Below the pieces are notes generated by a model. It made no database searches and was not told the origin of the DNA. It worked only from the letters and a program-made list of their open reading frames with translations. Both the position numbers and the translations under genes were made by a program. A stretch of DNA of 64,000 bases from Candidatus Kaiserbacteria bacterium CG10_big_fil_rev_8_21_14_0_10_47_16 (GTDB lineage: Bacteria; Patescibacteriota; Minisyncoccia; Phycocordibacterales; UBA918): positions 242,797 to 306,796 of the forward strand of contig PFBI01000006.1 of the NCBI GenBank assembly GCA_002773395.1, read 5' to 3'. Positions 47,079 to 57,200 of this stretch are shown one piece after another. Each line of letters opens with the position of its first letter. The first letter of the stretch is position 1.

Positions 47079-47336
47079 CTATTGTGTGATTACGAGTTCA
47101 AATCGCTTACGCTTTGAAAGCGGACGCGTCTCTCTAATGTCGACCGTATCACCGACGTTTGCGGTGTTGCCCTTATCGTGCACAAGAAACTTCTTGGTAC
47201 GACGTTGGAACTTTTTGTACTTTGGGTGCTTCACGTATCGCTCAACTGCAACCGTAATCGTGTCTTGCATCTTTGATGCCACGACGGTTCCGCGAAGCAC
47301 GCGCCCCTTCTTCTCTGTGTTAGTTTCTGTTGCCAT
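47079..47336 (-). CDS. rpsQ: 30S ribosomal protein S17
   Basis: KHPKYKK, ETRPLSK.KR. Confidence 0.96.
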   Translation of the reverse strand: MATETNTEKKGRVLRGTVVASKMQDTITVAVERYVKHPKYKKFQRRTKKFLVHDKGNTANVGDTVDIRETRPLSKRKRFELVITQ

Positions 47337-47349
47337 ATGCTTTTGCGGA

Positions 47350-47544
47350 TTACGCCATGCTCTTACGAGCGCGAGCGTTACGTTCTGTTAAACCCTGTGC
47401 GACCTCTCGTTTGATGTTTCGAATTTCTTTCACATCGCGCATACCACTTCCTGCTGTCTTGAAGCGGATCTCGCGAAGTGCCTCACGCTTCTCTTCAATG
47501 AACTTTGCGAGATCAGCGTCAGATTTTTTTTGAATATCTTTCAT
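47350..47544 (-). CDS. rpmC: 50S ribosomal protein L29
   Basis: Position between rplP and rpsQ; LREIRF..IRNIKREVA. Confidence 0.88.
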   Translation of the reverse strand: MKDIQKKSDADLAKFIEEKREALREIRFKTAGSGMRDVKEIRNIKREVAQGLTERNARARKSMA

Positions 47545-47557
47545 ATAACGGAATTGA

Positions 47558-47992
47558 TTATGCGCGAGTTTCCTCACGAGTAACAAACTTCGCTTTCACG
47601 GGAAGTTTTGCAGTGGCCTTACGAAATGCTTCGCGAGCCAATTCCTCGGGGACTCCATCAACTTCGAATAACACACGACCGGGAAATACTTCAAAGATGA
47701 AGTGACTTGGGTCTCCCTTTCCCTTACCCATACCTACTTCTGCAGGCTTCTTTGTAACTGGCTTGTCTGGAAAAATACGAATCCAGATTTTACCTGTCTT
47801 ACCAAGAGTACGACTGATCACACGGCGCGCTGCCTCAATTTGCTTTGATTCAACACGTGACTGTGATGTAGCTTTTAGGCCATACGCACCAAACGCAACC
47901 GTAACGCCACGAGTATCTGGACTCAGGAGTTTTGCTGGGTTCTTGCGGCCAACCTGCCACTTTCGGTGTTTTACTTTCTTTGGAAACAACAT
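47558..47992 (-). CDS. rplP: 50S ribosomal protein L16
   Basis: QIEAARR, WIRIFPD, MGKGKG. Confidence 0.97.
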   Translation of the reverse strand: MLFPKKVKHRKWQVGRKNPAKLLSPDTRGVTVAFGAYGLKATSQSRVESKQIEAARRVISRTLGKTGKIWIRIFPDKPVTKKPAEVGMGKGKGDPSHFIFEVFPGRVLFEVDGVPEELAREAFRKATAKLPVKAKFVTREETRA

Positions 47993-48002
47993 ACGTGTTT
48001 AA

Positions 48003-48728
48003 TTAAGCTTCTTTGTGACTAGAACGACGTGCGCCGTGTGCTGGAGCTTCTGCCTTCTCAGCTGCCTTTCGGTCTGCGAAGACTTCTCCACGGTAGATCC
48101 ATACTTTTACGCCGATTGTACCGTACGGAAGTACTGCACGTTCGCGCGCAAAGTCGATGTCTGCACGAAGGGTTTGTAGTGGTACTCGACCTTTCTTTAA
48201 TTCTTCTTTACGTGCCATTTCAGCACCACCAAGGCGGCCTGATGCAATGATACGAATACCTTGTACGTCGCGGTTTGCCATAACCTTTTCTGCGGTCTGC
48301 TTCATCACACGACGAAACGGCATGCGCTTCTCAAGTCCTTCTACAATCATCTGACCAACAATAGATGCGCTGGTTTCTGGTGATCGTACTTCTTCAATAT
48401 CAATTTTGATCTCTGGTTTCTCAGAGAGTTTGAGTGTTCGCATGAGCATATCAATCTCCTTTCGAAGCTTGGTTGCTCCTTCTCCACTGCGGCCAATAAC
48501 GAGACCTGGGCGAGAAGTTGCGATGATGATTCGGTAAACCTTTTCATCACGCTCAATATCGATGCTTGCGATGTACATGCCTTTAAGGCGCTTGCCGAGG
48601 AGTGAGCGTACTGCTTCGTCGGTGCGAACGTATTCGCGGAACCGCTTCGGATCAGCAGCAAACCATCGACTCTTCCAATCTCGGATAATACCGAGGCGCT
48701 GTACGAATGGATGTGCAACGTGTGTCAT
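48003..48728 (-). CDS. rpsC: 30S ribosomal protein S3
   Basis: RPGLVIGR, SGRLGGAEMAR, PLQTLRADID. Confidence 0.97.
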   Translation of the reverse strand: MTHVAHPFVQRLGIIRDWKSRWFAADPKRFREYVRTDEAVRSLLGKRLKGMYIASIDIERDEKVYRIIIATSRPGLVIGRSGEGATKLRKEIDMLMRTLKLSEKPEIKIDIEEVRSPETSASIVGQMIVEGLEKRMPFRRVMKQTAEKVMANRDVQGIRIIASGRLGGAEMARKEELKKGRVPLQTLRADIDFARERAVLPYGTIGVKVWIYRGEVFADRKAAEKAEAPAHGARRSSHKEA

Positions 48729-48743
48729 AAATACTAATTACAA

Positions 48744-49067
48744 TTACTTCTCACCGAGTTCTACGGTGATGTGGCTGTTGCGGCGGTTAATCGGTGAGGC
48801 TGAACCACGTGCTCGTGGCATGTATCGTTGATACACCTCTCCCTTATTCACTGCGACAGTTTTGATAACGAGTGCCTCTGGCTTCTTTCCTTCGCGAGCT
48901 GCGTTTGCAACTGCAGATTGAATAACCTTTGCAAATGGCCCTGCTGCCTTCTTATCGGCAAACTTGAGCGCTGCAAGTGCATCAATCACTTTCTTACCAC
49001 GAATGAGATCCGCAATAAGGCGAACTTTACGTGGAGATTGACGATAGTTTTTTAGTACTGCTTTCAT
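48744..49067 (-). CDS. rplV: 50S ribosomal protein L22
   Basis: SPRKVRL, PRARG, SHITV. Confidence 0.97.
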   Translation of the reverse strand: MKAVLKNYRQSPRKVRLIADLIRGKKVIDALAALKFADKKAAGPFAKVIQSAVANAAREGKKPEALVIKTVAVNKGEVYQRYMPRARGSASPINRRNSHITVELGEK

Positions 49068-49079
49068 AGAGAGTAATTA

Positions 49080-49406
49080 TTACGCAGACTTAGCAGCTTT
49101 CGCAGCAGCAATTTCAGCGTCCTTACGCTTTTGCTCCTGTTCTTTCTGCATCTTACCGCCGTGACGAACAAACTTCTTGGTTGGTGAAAATTCACCAAAA
49201 CGATGGCCAACCATTTCTTCGGTAACCAGTACGTCAATGTGACTCTTCCCATTATGGACACCAAAGGTAAATCCAACCATTTCTGGAGAGATAACCGATG
49301 CGCGTGCCCATGTTTTGATGGCGTCCGTTGTAGCCGGCTTCTTCCCCTCAATCTTCTCGAGGAGGTTCTCGTCTACATATGGACCTTTATATAGTGATCG
49401 TGACAT
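49080..49406 (-). CDS. rpsS: 30S ribosomal protein S19
   Basis: RSL.KGP, VHNGK, MVGH.FGEFSPT. Confidence 0.97.
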   Translation of the reverse strand: MSRSLYKGPYVDENLLEKIEGKKPATTDAIKTWARASVISPEMVGFTFGVHNGKSHIDVLVTEEMVGHRFGEFSPTKKFVRHGGKMQKEQEQKRKDAEIAAAKAAKSA

Positions 49407-49562
49407 ACGAAAAAATCGCGCGTTATGCGCTTCTTAGGGATCTCTTGCAAAGACATTTAACGGTTGTCCTTGGCAGAGACCCCTAAAACCAATAATTAAC
49501 TGTTCAATTGTGTTGTTTCCCGCTTCCCAAGGCCGAAAACAACTGAGGTTTGGAACGTGGCT

Positions 49563-49591
49563 ATAGTACGGGATTTGGGGGAAGATGTCAA
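49563..49591 (-). promoter_or_regulatory. Sigma70-type promoter inside the S10 cluster, upstream of rpsS
   Basis: TTGACA-17 nt-TACTAT on the minus strand. Confidence 0.7.
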
Positions 49592-49639
49592 TGAAAATGA
49601 CCCGAATCTGCGAAAAGGGCTTGTTTATCGCTTCCGTCA

Positions 49640-49780
49640 CAAGTTGCTAACTATATTTTTTCGCTTCGCTCAAAATCTAGTAAGCACTCGCGACCCCGCC
49701 TCATAGTCGTGCTCGCTTCGCTGCGCGCGACATATTCCGGCTTGGCAAAAGGTCGAAAGCAAATCCTTTTGCTTTCTAAA
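49640..49780. repeat. Modular hairpin repeat, family B (diverged)
   Basis: CAAGTTGCTAA..GCTTCGC..TAAGCACT module and GAAAGCAAA..TTTGCTTTCTAAA module. Confidence 0.65.
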
Positions 49781-49817
49781 CAACAAAAATCCCTCCGCAA
49801 GGAGGGATTTTTGTTGT

Positions 49818-50678
49818 TTACCTTTTACCACCCATGATGCGACCTGGCTTGCGCCGAGCAACAATGAGGTTGTTTGAGTATTTCTTTGGACTTCGAGTCT
49901 TTTGACCCTTTCCTGTTGGGCGACCTTGTTTGGTTCGCTGACGGCGGTGTCCTCGAGGACTCACACCTTCTCCACCTCCATGTGGGTGGTCAACAGGGTT
50001 ACGTGCAGTACCACGGTTCTTCGGTCGAAGACCACGGTGACGCGCGCGTCCCGCCTTACCAAGTGTTACGAGCTGATGCTCTTCGTTTGATACCTCACCG
50101 ATGGTTGCCCATGCAGTTGAGAGTACTTTACGAATTTCAGATGATGGCATTTTCACTTGCGTGTATCCTGCATCATGTGAGAGCACTTCTGCTCGGTTTC
50201 CAGCACTTCGTGCAAGTCGTGCACCAGCGCCTGGCTTGATTTCAACGTTATACACCGGAGTTCCTGATGGAATGTTACCAAGTGGCAACCGATTCCCTGG
50301 TGTTGGCTTTGCTTTTTCTGAGACGATGAACGTATCTCCTACCTTCATGCTTTGTGAAGCAAGAACGTATCGACGCTCACCATCTGCGTAACATACGAGT
50401 GCAATGAATCCTGATCGGTATGGATCGTATTCAACAGATTCAATTTTTGCTGGCACGTCTTTTTTATCGAATTTGAAGTCGACTGTCCGATACGTGCGCT
50501 TGTTTCCCCCACCACGGTAGTGCTGGGTGATGCGACCCTGGTTGTTACGACCACCAGTTCGCGAGCCTCCACGCGTGAGGCGCTTTGCCGGACTATTTTT
50601 CGTGCTGGACAGTTTCTCTTTGTATGAGACCACGGTCATCCCGCGCCGTCCAGCTGATGTTGGCTTGTATTTCTTCAT
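49818..50678 (-). CDS. rplB: 50S ribosomal protein L2
   Basis: GRNNQGRIT, EYDPYRS, NPVDHPHGGGEG. Confidence 0.98.
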   Translation of the reverse strand: MKKYKPTSAGRRGMTVVSYKEKLSSTKNSPAKRLTRGGSRTGGRNNQGRITQHYRGGGNKRTYRTVDFKFDKKDVPAKIESVEYDPYRSGFIALVCYADGERRYVLASQSMKVGDTFIVSEKAKPTPGNRLPLGNIPSGTPVYNVEIKPGAGARLARSAGNRAEVLSHDAGYTQVKMPSSEIRKVLSTAWATIGEVSNEEHQLVTLGKAGRARHRGLRPKNRGTARNPVDHPHGGGEGVSPRGHRRQRTKQGRPTGKGQKTRSPKKYSNNLIVARRKPGRIMGGKR

Positions 50679-50691
50679 AAGCGTGGATTAG

Positions 50692-51063
50692 TTACACGAG
50701 GTCAATCTTATCGCCGTCTTTAAGGTAGACGTACGCTTTCTTAAGACCGCTCTCGCTTATTTTTCTACCTTTGCTGCGTGCCATGTAGGTACGAGCTTTC
50801 TTTGTAACAGTGTGTACCTTTTTAGGGGTTACCTTGAACAATGCAATTACCGCATCACGTACGTCAAATTTTGTTGCACGTGGGTCGATTTCAAACGTGT
50901 ACACGTTCTTTTCAGTGCCGAGTACCGCTTTCTCAGTAATACGTGGCTTACGAATTACTGATGAGAGATCACGCATCGCAATCGGTGCTGAAGCTCCCTT
51001 CTTTGTCTTCTTTGCGTCAGCAGTTGTTTCAACTGCTTCGCCTTTCTTTGCAAAAAGTGCCAT
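50692..51063 (-). CDS. rplW: 50S ribosomal protein L23
   Basis: PRITEKA, KKAYV.L. Confidence 0.95.
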   Translation of the reverse strand: MALFAKKGEAVETTADAKKTKKGASAPIAMRDLSSVIRKPRITEKAVLGTEKNVYTFEIDPRATKFDVRDAVIALFKVTPKKVHTVTKKARTYMARSKGRKISESGLKKAYVYLKDGDKIDLV

Positions 51064-51066
51064 ACG

Positions 51067-51759
51067 CTATTTACTTACCGCCTTACGTGCAGTCTTGGTT
51101 GCAACTCGGGTTTCAAGAACCTTAATTGCATCCGCTGGTTCTGCAACAATGACGTACTTATAGGTGAGTAACTCGACCGGACTGATGTCCTTTGCCTGCA
51201 GTGTTCGTATGTTCCCGAAGTTTCGGAAACTAAGCTCTGCGTTTTCACTTCGTGCCGGAAGCACAATAAGTGCGTTGTTCTTCTTCTTTGTTTTGAGGTC
51301 TTCTGCTCCTGCTACACCACTGAGTGACACGAGCGCTGCTTTTGCATCGAGTGTCTTCGGTGCGCTGAAGTTGAAGGTGTCAACAAAGAGTACTTCGCCG
51401 TCTGCGTACTTCTTTGAAAGTACACTCGCGAGTGCTTTTGCACGAACGTTCTTATTGATCTTCTTACTGTAATCTTTTTCAGCAATAGGACCGTGTGCAA
51501 CACCTCCTCCTGCCCAAATCGGTGAACGACGTGAACCGTGACGTGCGCGTCCAGTACCCTTCTGCTTCCATGGCTTTTTACCACCACCTTGTACTTCGCT
51601 TCGGTCCTTTGTATCTGCAGTACCCTTGCGAGCGTTTGCTTGCATCGAAGTTACTACTTCGTGTACAAGGTCTGCGTTCCACTTTGTACCAAAGACTGCG
51701 TCAGGAAGTGCTACTTTTCCCGTTTCCTTCCCCGCTGTTGAATATACTTTTGCTTCCAT
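51067..51759 (-). CDS. rplD: 50S ribosomal protein L4
   Basis: KPWKQKGTGRARHGS. Confidence 0.97.
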   Translation of the reverse strand: MEAKVYSTAGKETGKVALPDAVFGTKWNADLVHEVVTSMQANARKGTADTKDRSEVQGGGKKPWKQKGTGRARHGSRRSPIWAGGGVAHGPIAEKDYSKKINKNVRAKALASVLSKKYADGEVLFVDTFNFSAPKTLDAKAALVSLSGVAGAEDLKTKKKNNALIVLPARSENAELSFRNFGNIRTLQAKDISPVELLTYKYVIVAEPADAIKVLETRVATKTARKAVSK

Positions 51760-51764
51760 GATAC

Positions 51765-52385
51765 TTATACGCTACGTACTTCCACTAATGTTCCTGTTCG
51801 ACCTGGTACTGCTCCTTTCACAAGGAGTAGATTTTCATCTTTATTTACTTGGAGAACTTTGAGGTTCTGTACGGTAATACGATCGCCTCCCATACGTCCC
51901 GCCATACGGGTACCTTTCTGTACGCGCTGGATACCACCGATACCGATAGATCCTGGCTCACGATGTGAGTGCTTCTGACCGTGCGACGCACGACCTCCTG
52001 CGAAATTGTGACGCTTTACCACACCCTGAAATCCCTTTCCTTTTGAGATTGCAGAAACGGTAATAACATCACCTGCTTCAAATACTGATACATCAAGTTC
52101 CTGTCCCTTTACGAACTCTCCGAGCACTTCGCTCTTTGATGGTCGTGGACGAAATTCCTTGATGAATTTTTTTGCACCGCCGAGATGACCCTTGATGGCT
52201 TTTCCGAGACGTTGTTCCTTCTGTTCACCTGCTGCAATTTGTACCGCTTCGTACCCGTCCTTCTCAGGATTACGTACTTGCGACACGATTGCTGGGGTGA
52301 CACGAAGAATGGTTGCAGCATGCGCTACACCCTGCTCGTCGAAGATCTGAGTCATTCGTTCTTTTGTGCCTACAATGAATTTCAT
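51765..52385 (-). CDS. rplC: 50S ribosomal protein L3
   Basis: DGYEAVQ, SKGKGFQGVVKRH, MAGRMG, KGAVPG. Confidence 0.97.
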   Translation of the reverse strand: MKFIVGTKERMTQIFDEQGVAHAATILRVTPAIVSQVRNPEKDGYEAVQIAAGEQKEQRLGKAIKGHLGGAKKFIKEFRPRPSKSEVLGEFVKGQELDVSVFEAGDVITVSAISKGKGFQGVVKRHNFAGGRASHGQKHSHREPGSIGIGGIQRVQKGTRMAGRMGGDRITVQNLKVLQVNKDENLLLVKGAVPGRTGTLVEVRSV

Positions 52386-52749
52386 TCTAAAATCATTGTT
52401 ACCTGATAAATCGCTTAAGAGACCCCGAGTGTTCCTTTTTAAATGACGGCAGATGCGAGGCATGCGAAGAAAATATTGTGAGCCGTATATACATACGGTG
52501 AACATTATTTTACTGACGCATAACGATGCAGATGTGGCATTTTAAAAGGAACAAAAAACCGCGCTTTCATAGCGCGAGCACAAGCTCGCACAATAAAAAG
52601 CGCGGTTTTGTGCCCATTGGTCCGTCAAAACTGACGTACATAGGTCTTTAAAGCTGGCCGCAGTATACGTTTTCTCACAGAAATTGCAAGGATTCCTGAT
52701 ATAAACTGCAGAGGGCTTGCTGTTTTAAAGAATAAGACGTACAGTACGG

Positions 52750-52922
52750 AAAGCAGGGACCAAGGGGGTCACTGCGTGTTAAAAAGAGGAGGTCGACATG
52801 CATCCCATTGCACGTCACGTCGCGGGAGCACCCCCTATCGTGGGAGTCCACCCTGAGCGGCCTCTCAAAGTTCCTTGGTTCATTTCATAAGGAGACTCAT
52901 CTGGGACACTAGGTCCCCCTGA
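52750..52922 (+). ncRNA. Probable 6S RNA
   Basis: Own promoter (TTGCTG-17-TACAGT) and downstream terminator; end-to-end pairing with a central unpaired region; GGGAGC...CCACC.TGAGCGG arrangement recalled from 6S RNAs. Confidence 0.5.
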
Positions 52923-53029
52923 TAGACGTCAGTACGGCCCCGACACATGTACGCGTGTGTCGGGGTCTACTTATTTTATACATACAATACAAAACCCCGC
53001 GCCTACGGCGCGGGGTTTTGTATGTTCTC

Positions 53030-53155
53030 CTATTTCTTCATCTTGTTCGTAAGCCACATGATCACGAGAATCCCCACAATCAACCATACTATTTCGTTTG
53101 CAAACCCAAGGAGACTGTTGAGTCCCCATTCATGAAACGGACCGTAACCCATCAT
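53030..53155 (-). CDS. Small membrane protein (41 aa, MMGYG... type)
   Basis: Single TM, flanked by terminators. Confidence 0.55.
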   Translation of the reverse strand: MMGYGPFHEWGLNSLLGFANEIVWLIVGILVIMWLTNKMKK

Positions 53156-53287
53156 ATAAGAATAATTAATGAAATAATATTCATTATACGAGAGAATCCG
53201 TAATCGCGGGTTCCCTGTGGGGGACACACAAAAACCAAAAAGCCGGCTCTTTACGGAGCCGGCTTTTTGCCAAAACAACAACGCTAC

Positions 53288-53360
53288 TGTCAAACGAGCG
53301 AACGTCGTGAGAAATCGAAGCGAGTGCGACGATTTTTCATGACTGAGCGAGCGCTGACAG
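53288..53360. repeat. Nested hairpin element downstream of rpsJ
   Basis: CTGTCA..GTCGTGAGAAATCG..CGATTTTTCATGAC..TGACAG. Confidence 0.5.
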
Positions 53361-53380
53361 AAAGAAAAGCTGTGCTTTTC

Positions 53381-53740
53381 TTACATCATCTTCACGTCAA
53401 TGTTGACGCCCGATGGGAGTGAGAGATTCGTAAGTGCTTCAATGACTTTTGCACTCGGATTCATGATGTCGATGACACGCTTGTGCATTCGCATCTCGAA
53501 TTGTTCTCGCGCATCTTTAAAGATGAATGACGAACGGTTCACCGTATACTTTTTGATTTCTGTTGGCAGTGGAATTGGACCAATCACTTTCGCATCAAAG
53601 CGAAGTGCAGTATCAATAATCTGCTTCACTGAAACATCAAGGATCTTGTGCTCATAGGCTCGCACGCGGATGCGCAGTTTCTGCACATCGCCTGCTGGCG
53701 CCGCACTCTTCTTACTCTTTGTTGTTGTTTTTGTTGTCAT
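53381..53740 (-). CDS. rpsJ: 30S ribosomal protein S10
   Basis: RIRVRAYEH, GPIPLPT, REQFEMR.HKR. Confidence 0.97.
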   Translation of the reverse strand: MTTKTTTKSKKSAAPAGDVQKLRIRVRAYEHKILDVSVKQIIDTALRFDAKVIGPIPLPTEIKKYTVNRSSFIFKDAREQFEMRMHKRVIDIMNPSAKVIEALTNLSLPSGVNIDVKMM

Positions 53741-53765
53741 GGTACTACTTCAATTACTAATAGGG

Positions 53766-54956
53766 TTAGGCGATGATCTTTGTTACCACACCTGCTCCTA
53801 CTGTCTTACCTCCTTCACGAATCGCAAAGTTCTGTTGTTCTTCGAGCGCAACTGGCGCAACGAGCTTTACCTTAAAGGTAGCGGTATCTCCTGGCATAAC
53901 CATTTCAGTACCTTCAGCAAGTGTTACGTCTCCTGTTACGTCAGTTGTTCGGATGTAGAACTGTGGCTTGTATCCAGAGAAGAATGGTGTGTGACGACCT
54001 CCTTCATCCTTAGAAAGTACGTATACTTCCGCTTCAAATTCTGTGTGCGGTGTTACTGAGCCCTTTGCTGCAAGCACCTGACCTCGGTGTACGTCTTCCT
54101 TCTTTGTACCACGGAGGAGGATACCGGCGTTGTCGCCAGCCTGCGCAGCGTCGAGCTGCTTGTTGAACATTTCAACTCCAGTCACTGTTGTGAGTGCAGT
54201 ATCCTTGATACCAACAATCTGAATTTCTTCACCTACCTTTACCTTTCCACGTTCTACACGACCAGTTACTACTGTACCGCGTCCTTCAATTGAGAAGATG
54301 TCTTCAATTGGCATAAGGAACGGCTTGTCGAGATCACGTTGTGGCTCTGGGAAGTAGCTATCCATCGCATCAACGAGTTCGATAACCTTCGCTCCCCATT
54401 CGCTACTTGGATCTTCAAGTGCCTTCAAACCAGAACCCTTGATGATTGGCGCGTTTGCACCATCAAATCCGTTCTTCGTAAGGAGTTCTCGAAGTTCTTC
54501 TTCAACGAGCATGATCATTTCCTCGTCGTCTACCATATCGCACTTGTTGAGGAATACGATAATGTTTGGTACACCCACCTGCTTCGCAAGAAGTACGTGC
54601 TCACGAGTTTGTGGCATCGCACCGTCTGTCGCAGCTACTACGAGTACCGCGCCGTCCATCTGCGCTGCACCAGTGATCATGTTCTTGATGTAGTCAGCGT
54701 GTCCTGGAGCGTCGATGTGTGCGTAGTGACGATTTGGTGTCTCGTACTCAGAGTGAGAAAGAGAAATAGTAATACCACGCGCCTTTTCTTCTGGCGCTTT
54801 ATCAATATCTTCTACGGCCTTCATGTTTGCAGCATATCCTTCACCCTTACCGTGAAGTACGCTGAGAATCGCGGCAGTAAGCGTTGTCTTACCATGGTCA
54901 ACGTGACCAATAGTACCTACGTTTACGTGCGGCTTTGATCGATCAAAATCTGCCAT
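53766..54956 (-). CDS. tuf: Elongation factor Tu
   Basis: [25 protein letters not shown]. Confidence 0.99.
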   Translation of the reverse strand: MADFDRSKPHVNVGTIGHVDHGKTTLTAAILSVLHGKGEGYAANMKAVEDIDKAPEEKARGITISLSHSEYETPNRHYAHIDAPGHADYIKNMITGAAQMDGAVLVVAATDGAMPQTREHVLLAKQVGVPNIIVFLNKCDMVDDEEMIMLVEEELRELLTKNGFDGANAPIIKGSGLKALEDPSSEWGAKVIELVDAMDSYFPEPQRDLDKPFLMPIEDIFSIEGRGTVVTGRVERGKVKVGEEIQIVGIKDTALTTVTGVEMFNKQLDAAQAGDNAGILLRGTKKEDVHRGQVLAAKGSVTPHTEFEAEVYVLSKDEGGRHTPFFSGYKPQFYIRTTDVTGDVTLAEGTEMVMPGDTATFKVKLVAPVALEEQQNFAIREGGKTVGAGVVTKIIA

Positions 54957-55322
54957 ATTACGCAAAAATTAATTTACTAAATGATAATTTTCCGCACATA
55001 CTGCGACTCTTTAAAAAAGAGATGTTGTGCAAGCACTCAGGGGTAACGGCGCGAGAACGCCGCGTTACCTCCAATCACTTGCGCTTGTATGAATAAAGAG
55101 CGAAAACCCGTTTGAGTTACTCCTCACATCCTACGGATGCTGTACACTGTGTGGCTTTATTATTTCGCAATGCTCATAATATAGCTCACACAGTCTTGCG
55201 GAGTTTCACTCCTCACACGCCAAAAGCGCGATGCGGTGCCCGCCATGGTACATGAGTGTATACCCAACGTCAAGCCATTTTTAATCAAAATACACCGTCT
55301 TCCTGTGGTATGATTTTTGGTA

Positions 55323-56462
55323 ATGGAGCAGGCAAAACAGGTTGTCAGCACACTACTCAAAAAGGCCAACATTGAATTGGGCGGTAGCCGGCCGTTTGAC
55401 CCTACCGTGAACGACGAACGTCTCTACCAGCGTATTCTTCGTGGTGGCTCCCTCGCGCTCGGTGAGAGCTATATGGACGGGTGGTGGAGTGTCGATAGGC
55501 TTGATGCACTCATTGCAAAAGTACGGCGCCTCGACCTTCAAAGAGATTTGTATGCAAAGCCGCTTGCAGGAGCAGCGCTCTTCTTTCACATCATAAAAGC
55601 ACGCCTCTTTAACCTCCAAAACATGAAGCGAGCGCTCCACGTGAACGAGCGACACTATGATATTGGAAATGATTTGTATGAAAAGATGCTCGACCCGTGG
55701 ATGCAGTACACCTGTGCGTACTGGGATCGTGGTGCTGAAAACCTCAATGAGGCGCAAGTAGCAAAACTGGCCCTTATTGCAGAGAAACTCAAACTCCGAC
55801 CCGGTATGCGAGTACTTGATATTGGATGCGGATGGGGTGGTCTCTCCAAATACCTCGCGCAGACACACGGTGTCATTGTAGACGGCATTACCCTTTCAAA
55901 AGAACAAAAGGTCTTTGCGGACAACTTTGTAAAAGGTACCTCCGCCACCATTCACTACGCTGATTATCGTACATACACGAATGAACCCTACGATCGCATT
56001 GTGTCTATTGGTATGTTTGAAGCGGTGGGATACAAAAATTTCCGTACGTACATGGAGTGCGCGCATCGACTCCTCAAGGACGACGGGATCTTTCTTCTGC
56101 ATACCATTGGTACGAATGTGACCGTGTACGCTGGTGATCCGTGGATTGATGCCTACATTTTTCCGAACGGCATGCTCCCTTCCCCATCGCAAATTTCTGA
56201 CAGTATCGAAAAACTCTTTGTCATGGAGGATTGGCACAACTTCGGTCCAAGTTACGACAAAACGCTCATGGCGTGGTACGAAAACTTCAAAGCTGCATGG
56301 CCAGAGCTGAAAGAGAGCGGTGCATACGACGATCGTTTTTATCGCATGTGGGAGTACTATCTCCTCATGTGTGCAGGACTCTTCCGCGCGCGCAAGACGC
56401 AGCTTTGGCAGATAATACTGACAAAAGGTGGATTGCCTGATGGGTATCAAAGTGTTCGATAG
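55323..56462 (+). CDS. cfa: Cyclopropane-fatty-acyl-phospholipid synthase
   Basis: LGESYMDGWW, HYDIGNDL, LDIGCGWG, YIFPNG, FYRMWEYYL. Confidence 0.93.
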   Translation: MEQAKQVVSTLLKKANIELGGSRPFDPTVNDERLYQRILRGGSLALGESYMDGWWSVDRLDALIAKVRRLDLQRDLYAKPLAGAALFFHIIKARLFNLQNMKRALHVNERHYDIGNDLYEKMLDPWMQYTCAYWDRGAENLNEAQVAKLALIAEKLKLRPGMRVLDIGCGWGGLSKYLAQTHGVIVDGITLSKEQKVFADNFVKGTSATIHYADYRTYTNEPYDRIVSIGMFEAVGYKNFRTYMECAHRLLKDDGIFLLHTIGTNVTVYAGDPWIDAYIFPNGMLPSPSQISDSIEKLFVMEDWHNFGPSYDKTLMAWYENFKAAWPELKESGAYDDRFYRMWEYYLLMCAGLFRARKTQLWQIILTKGGLPDGYQSVR

Positions 56463-56511
56463 TATAAAAATGTGAAAGCCGCAGGTCCCCTTGGGGGCCT
56501 GCGGCTGGTGT

Positions 56512-57054
56512 TTACGAAAGATGTTTCGATTCAGTTCCTTCAAAGAGTGTCCGTACAAGTCGTTCACCCTCTTCAAGAAATGCGTCTCCTTCCATAGATG
56601 TACCCATGTATCGCTCCATCAAAGGAGCAAACGCATATGCGCTATTACTAATTTCTCGCGAGCGATGTTCGCAAAAAACAGTGACGTCCGCAGGGTCGGC
56701 CTTTTCTTGGAGAAACAATGGGATTTCCCATATGCCGATCAACTGATATGCGACCGTCTCCTCTGAAACATTCGAAGTCACGACCAGTAGGAGGTACTCT
56801 TGGATAAGATCCCGCAAGAAGTATGCAAGGTCCACGGATTTTCCCTGTTCGTCTTTCATTACGAACGTGATCTCCGTGTAAAAGAGGATGTTTTCCTCTG
56901 ATTCACGGATTTCCGAAGTGATACTCAAGGTCTTGCTCTGATGAATCAATTGTCGTGCAACAGGCATCGTCCAATCTTCGGTGTTTACAAGCTCCCAGCC
57001 TGACTGCTGAAGGAGCTCCATGACGTCAGTGACCTCTTCTACGTTAATGGACAT
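56512..57054 (-). CDS. Hypothetical acidic protein
   Basis: 180-aa ORF between two terminator hairpins. Confidence 0.55.
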   Translation of the reverse strand: MSINVEEVTDVMELLQQSGWELVNTEDWTMPVARQLIHQSKTLSITSEIRESEENILFYTEITFVMKDEQGKSVDLAYFLRDLIQEYLLLVVTSNVSEETVAYQLIGIWEIPLFLQEKADPADVTVFCEHRSREISNSAYAFAPLMERYMGTSMEGDAFLEEGERLVRTLFEGTESKHLS

Positions 57055-57200
57055 CGTGTTCTCTCTTATAACTCAAGGTACGTTCCTTTGCAGTATTGCG
57101 TATATGAGGAGGGTTGTAAAGGAAAAGGCCAACAGCGGAGCTGTTGGCCTTTTCCTTGGTTGCATGGTTTTTTTATTCTTCCTTGAAGTTTATATCCTTG

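Noticed and set aside
52798-52890. 30-aa ORF MHPIARHVAGAPPIVGVHPERPLKVPWFIS with AGGAGG (type I toxin?)
   Set aside because: No TM helix; the SD-like bases form part of a predicted 6S-like stem. Kept only as an alternative explanation.
55029-55082. Named regulatory RNA or tRNA upstream of tuf
   Set aside because: A long hairpin is present, but there is no cloverleaf or recognisable family motif.
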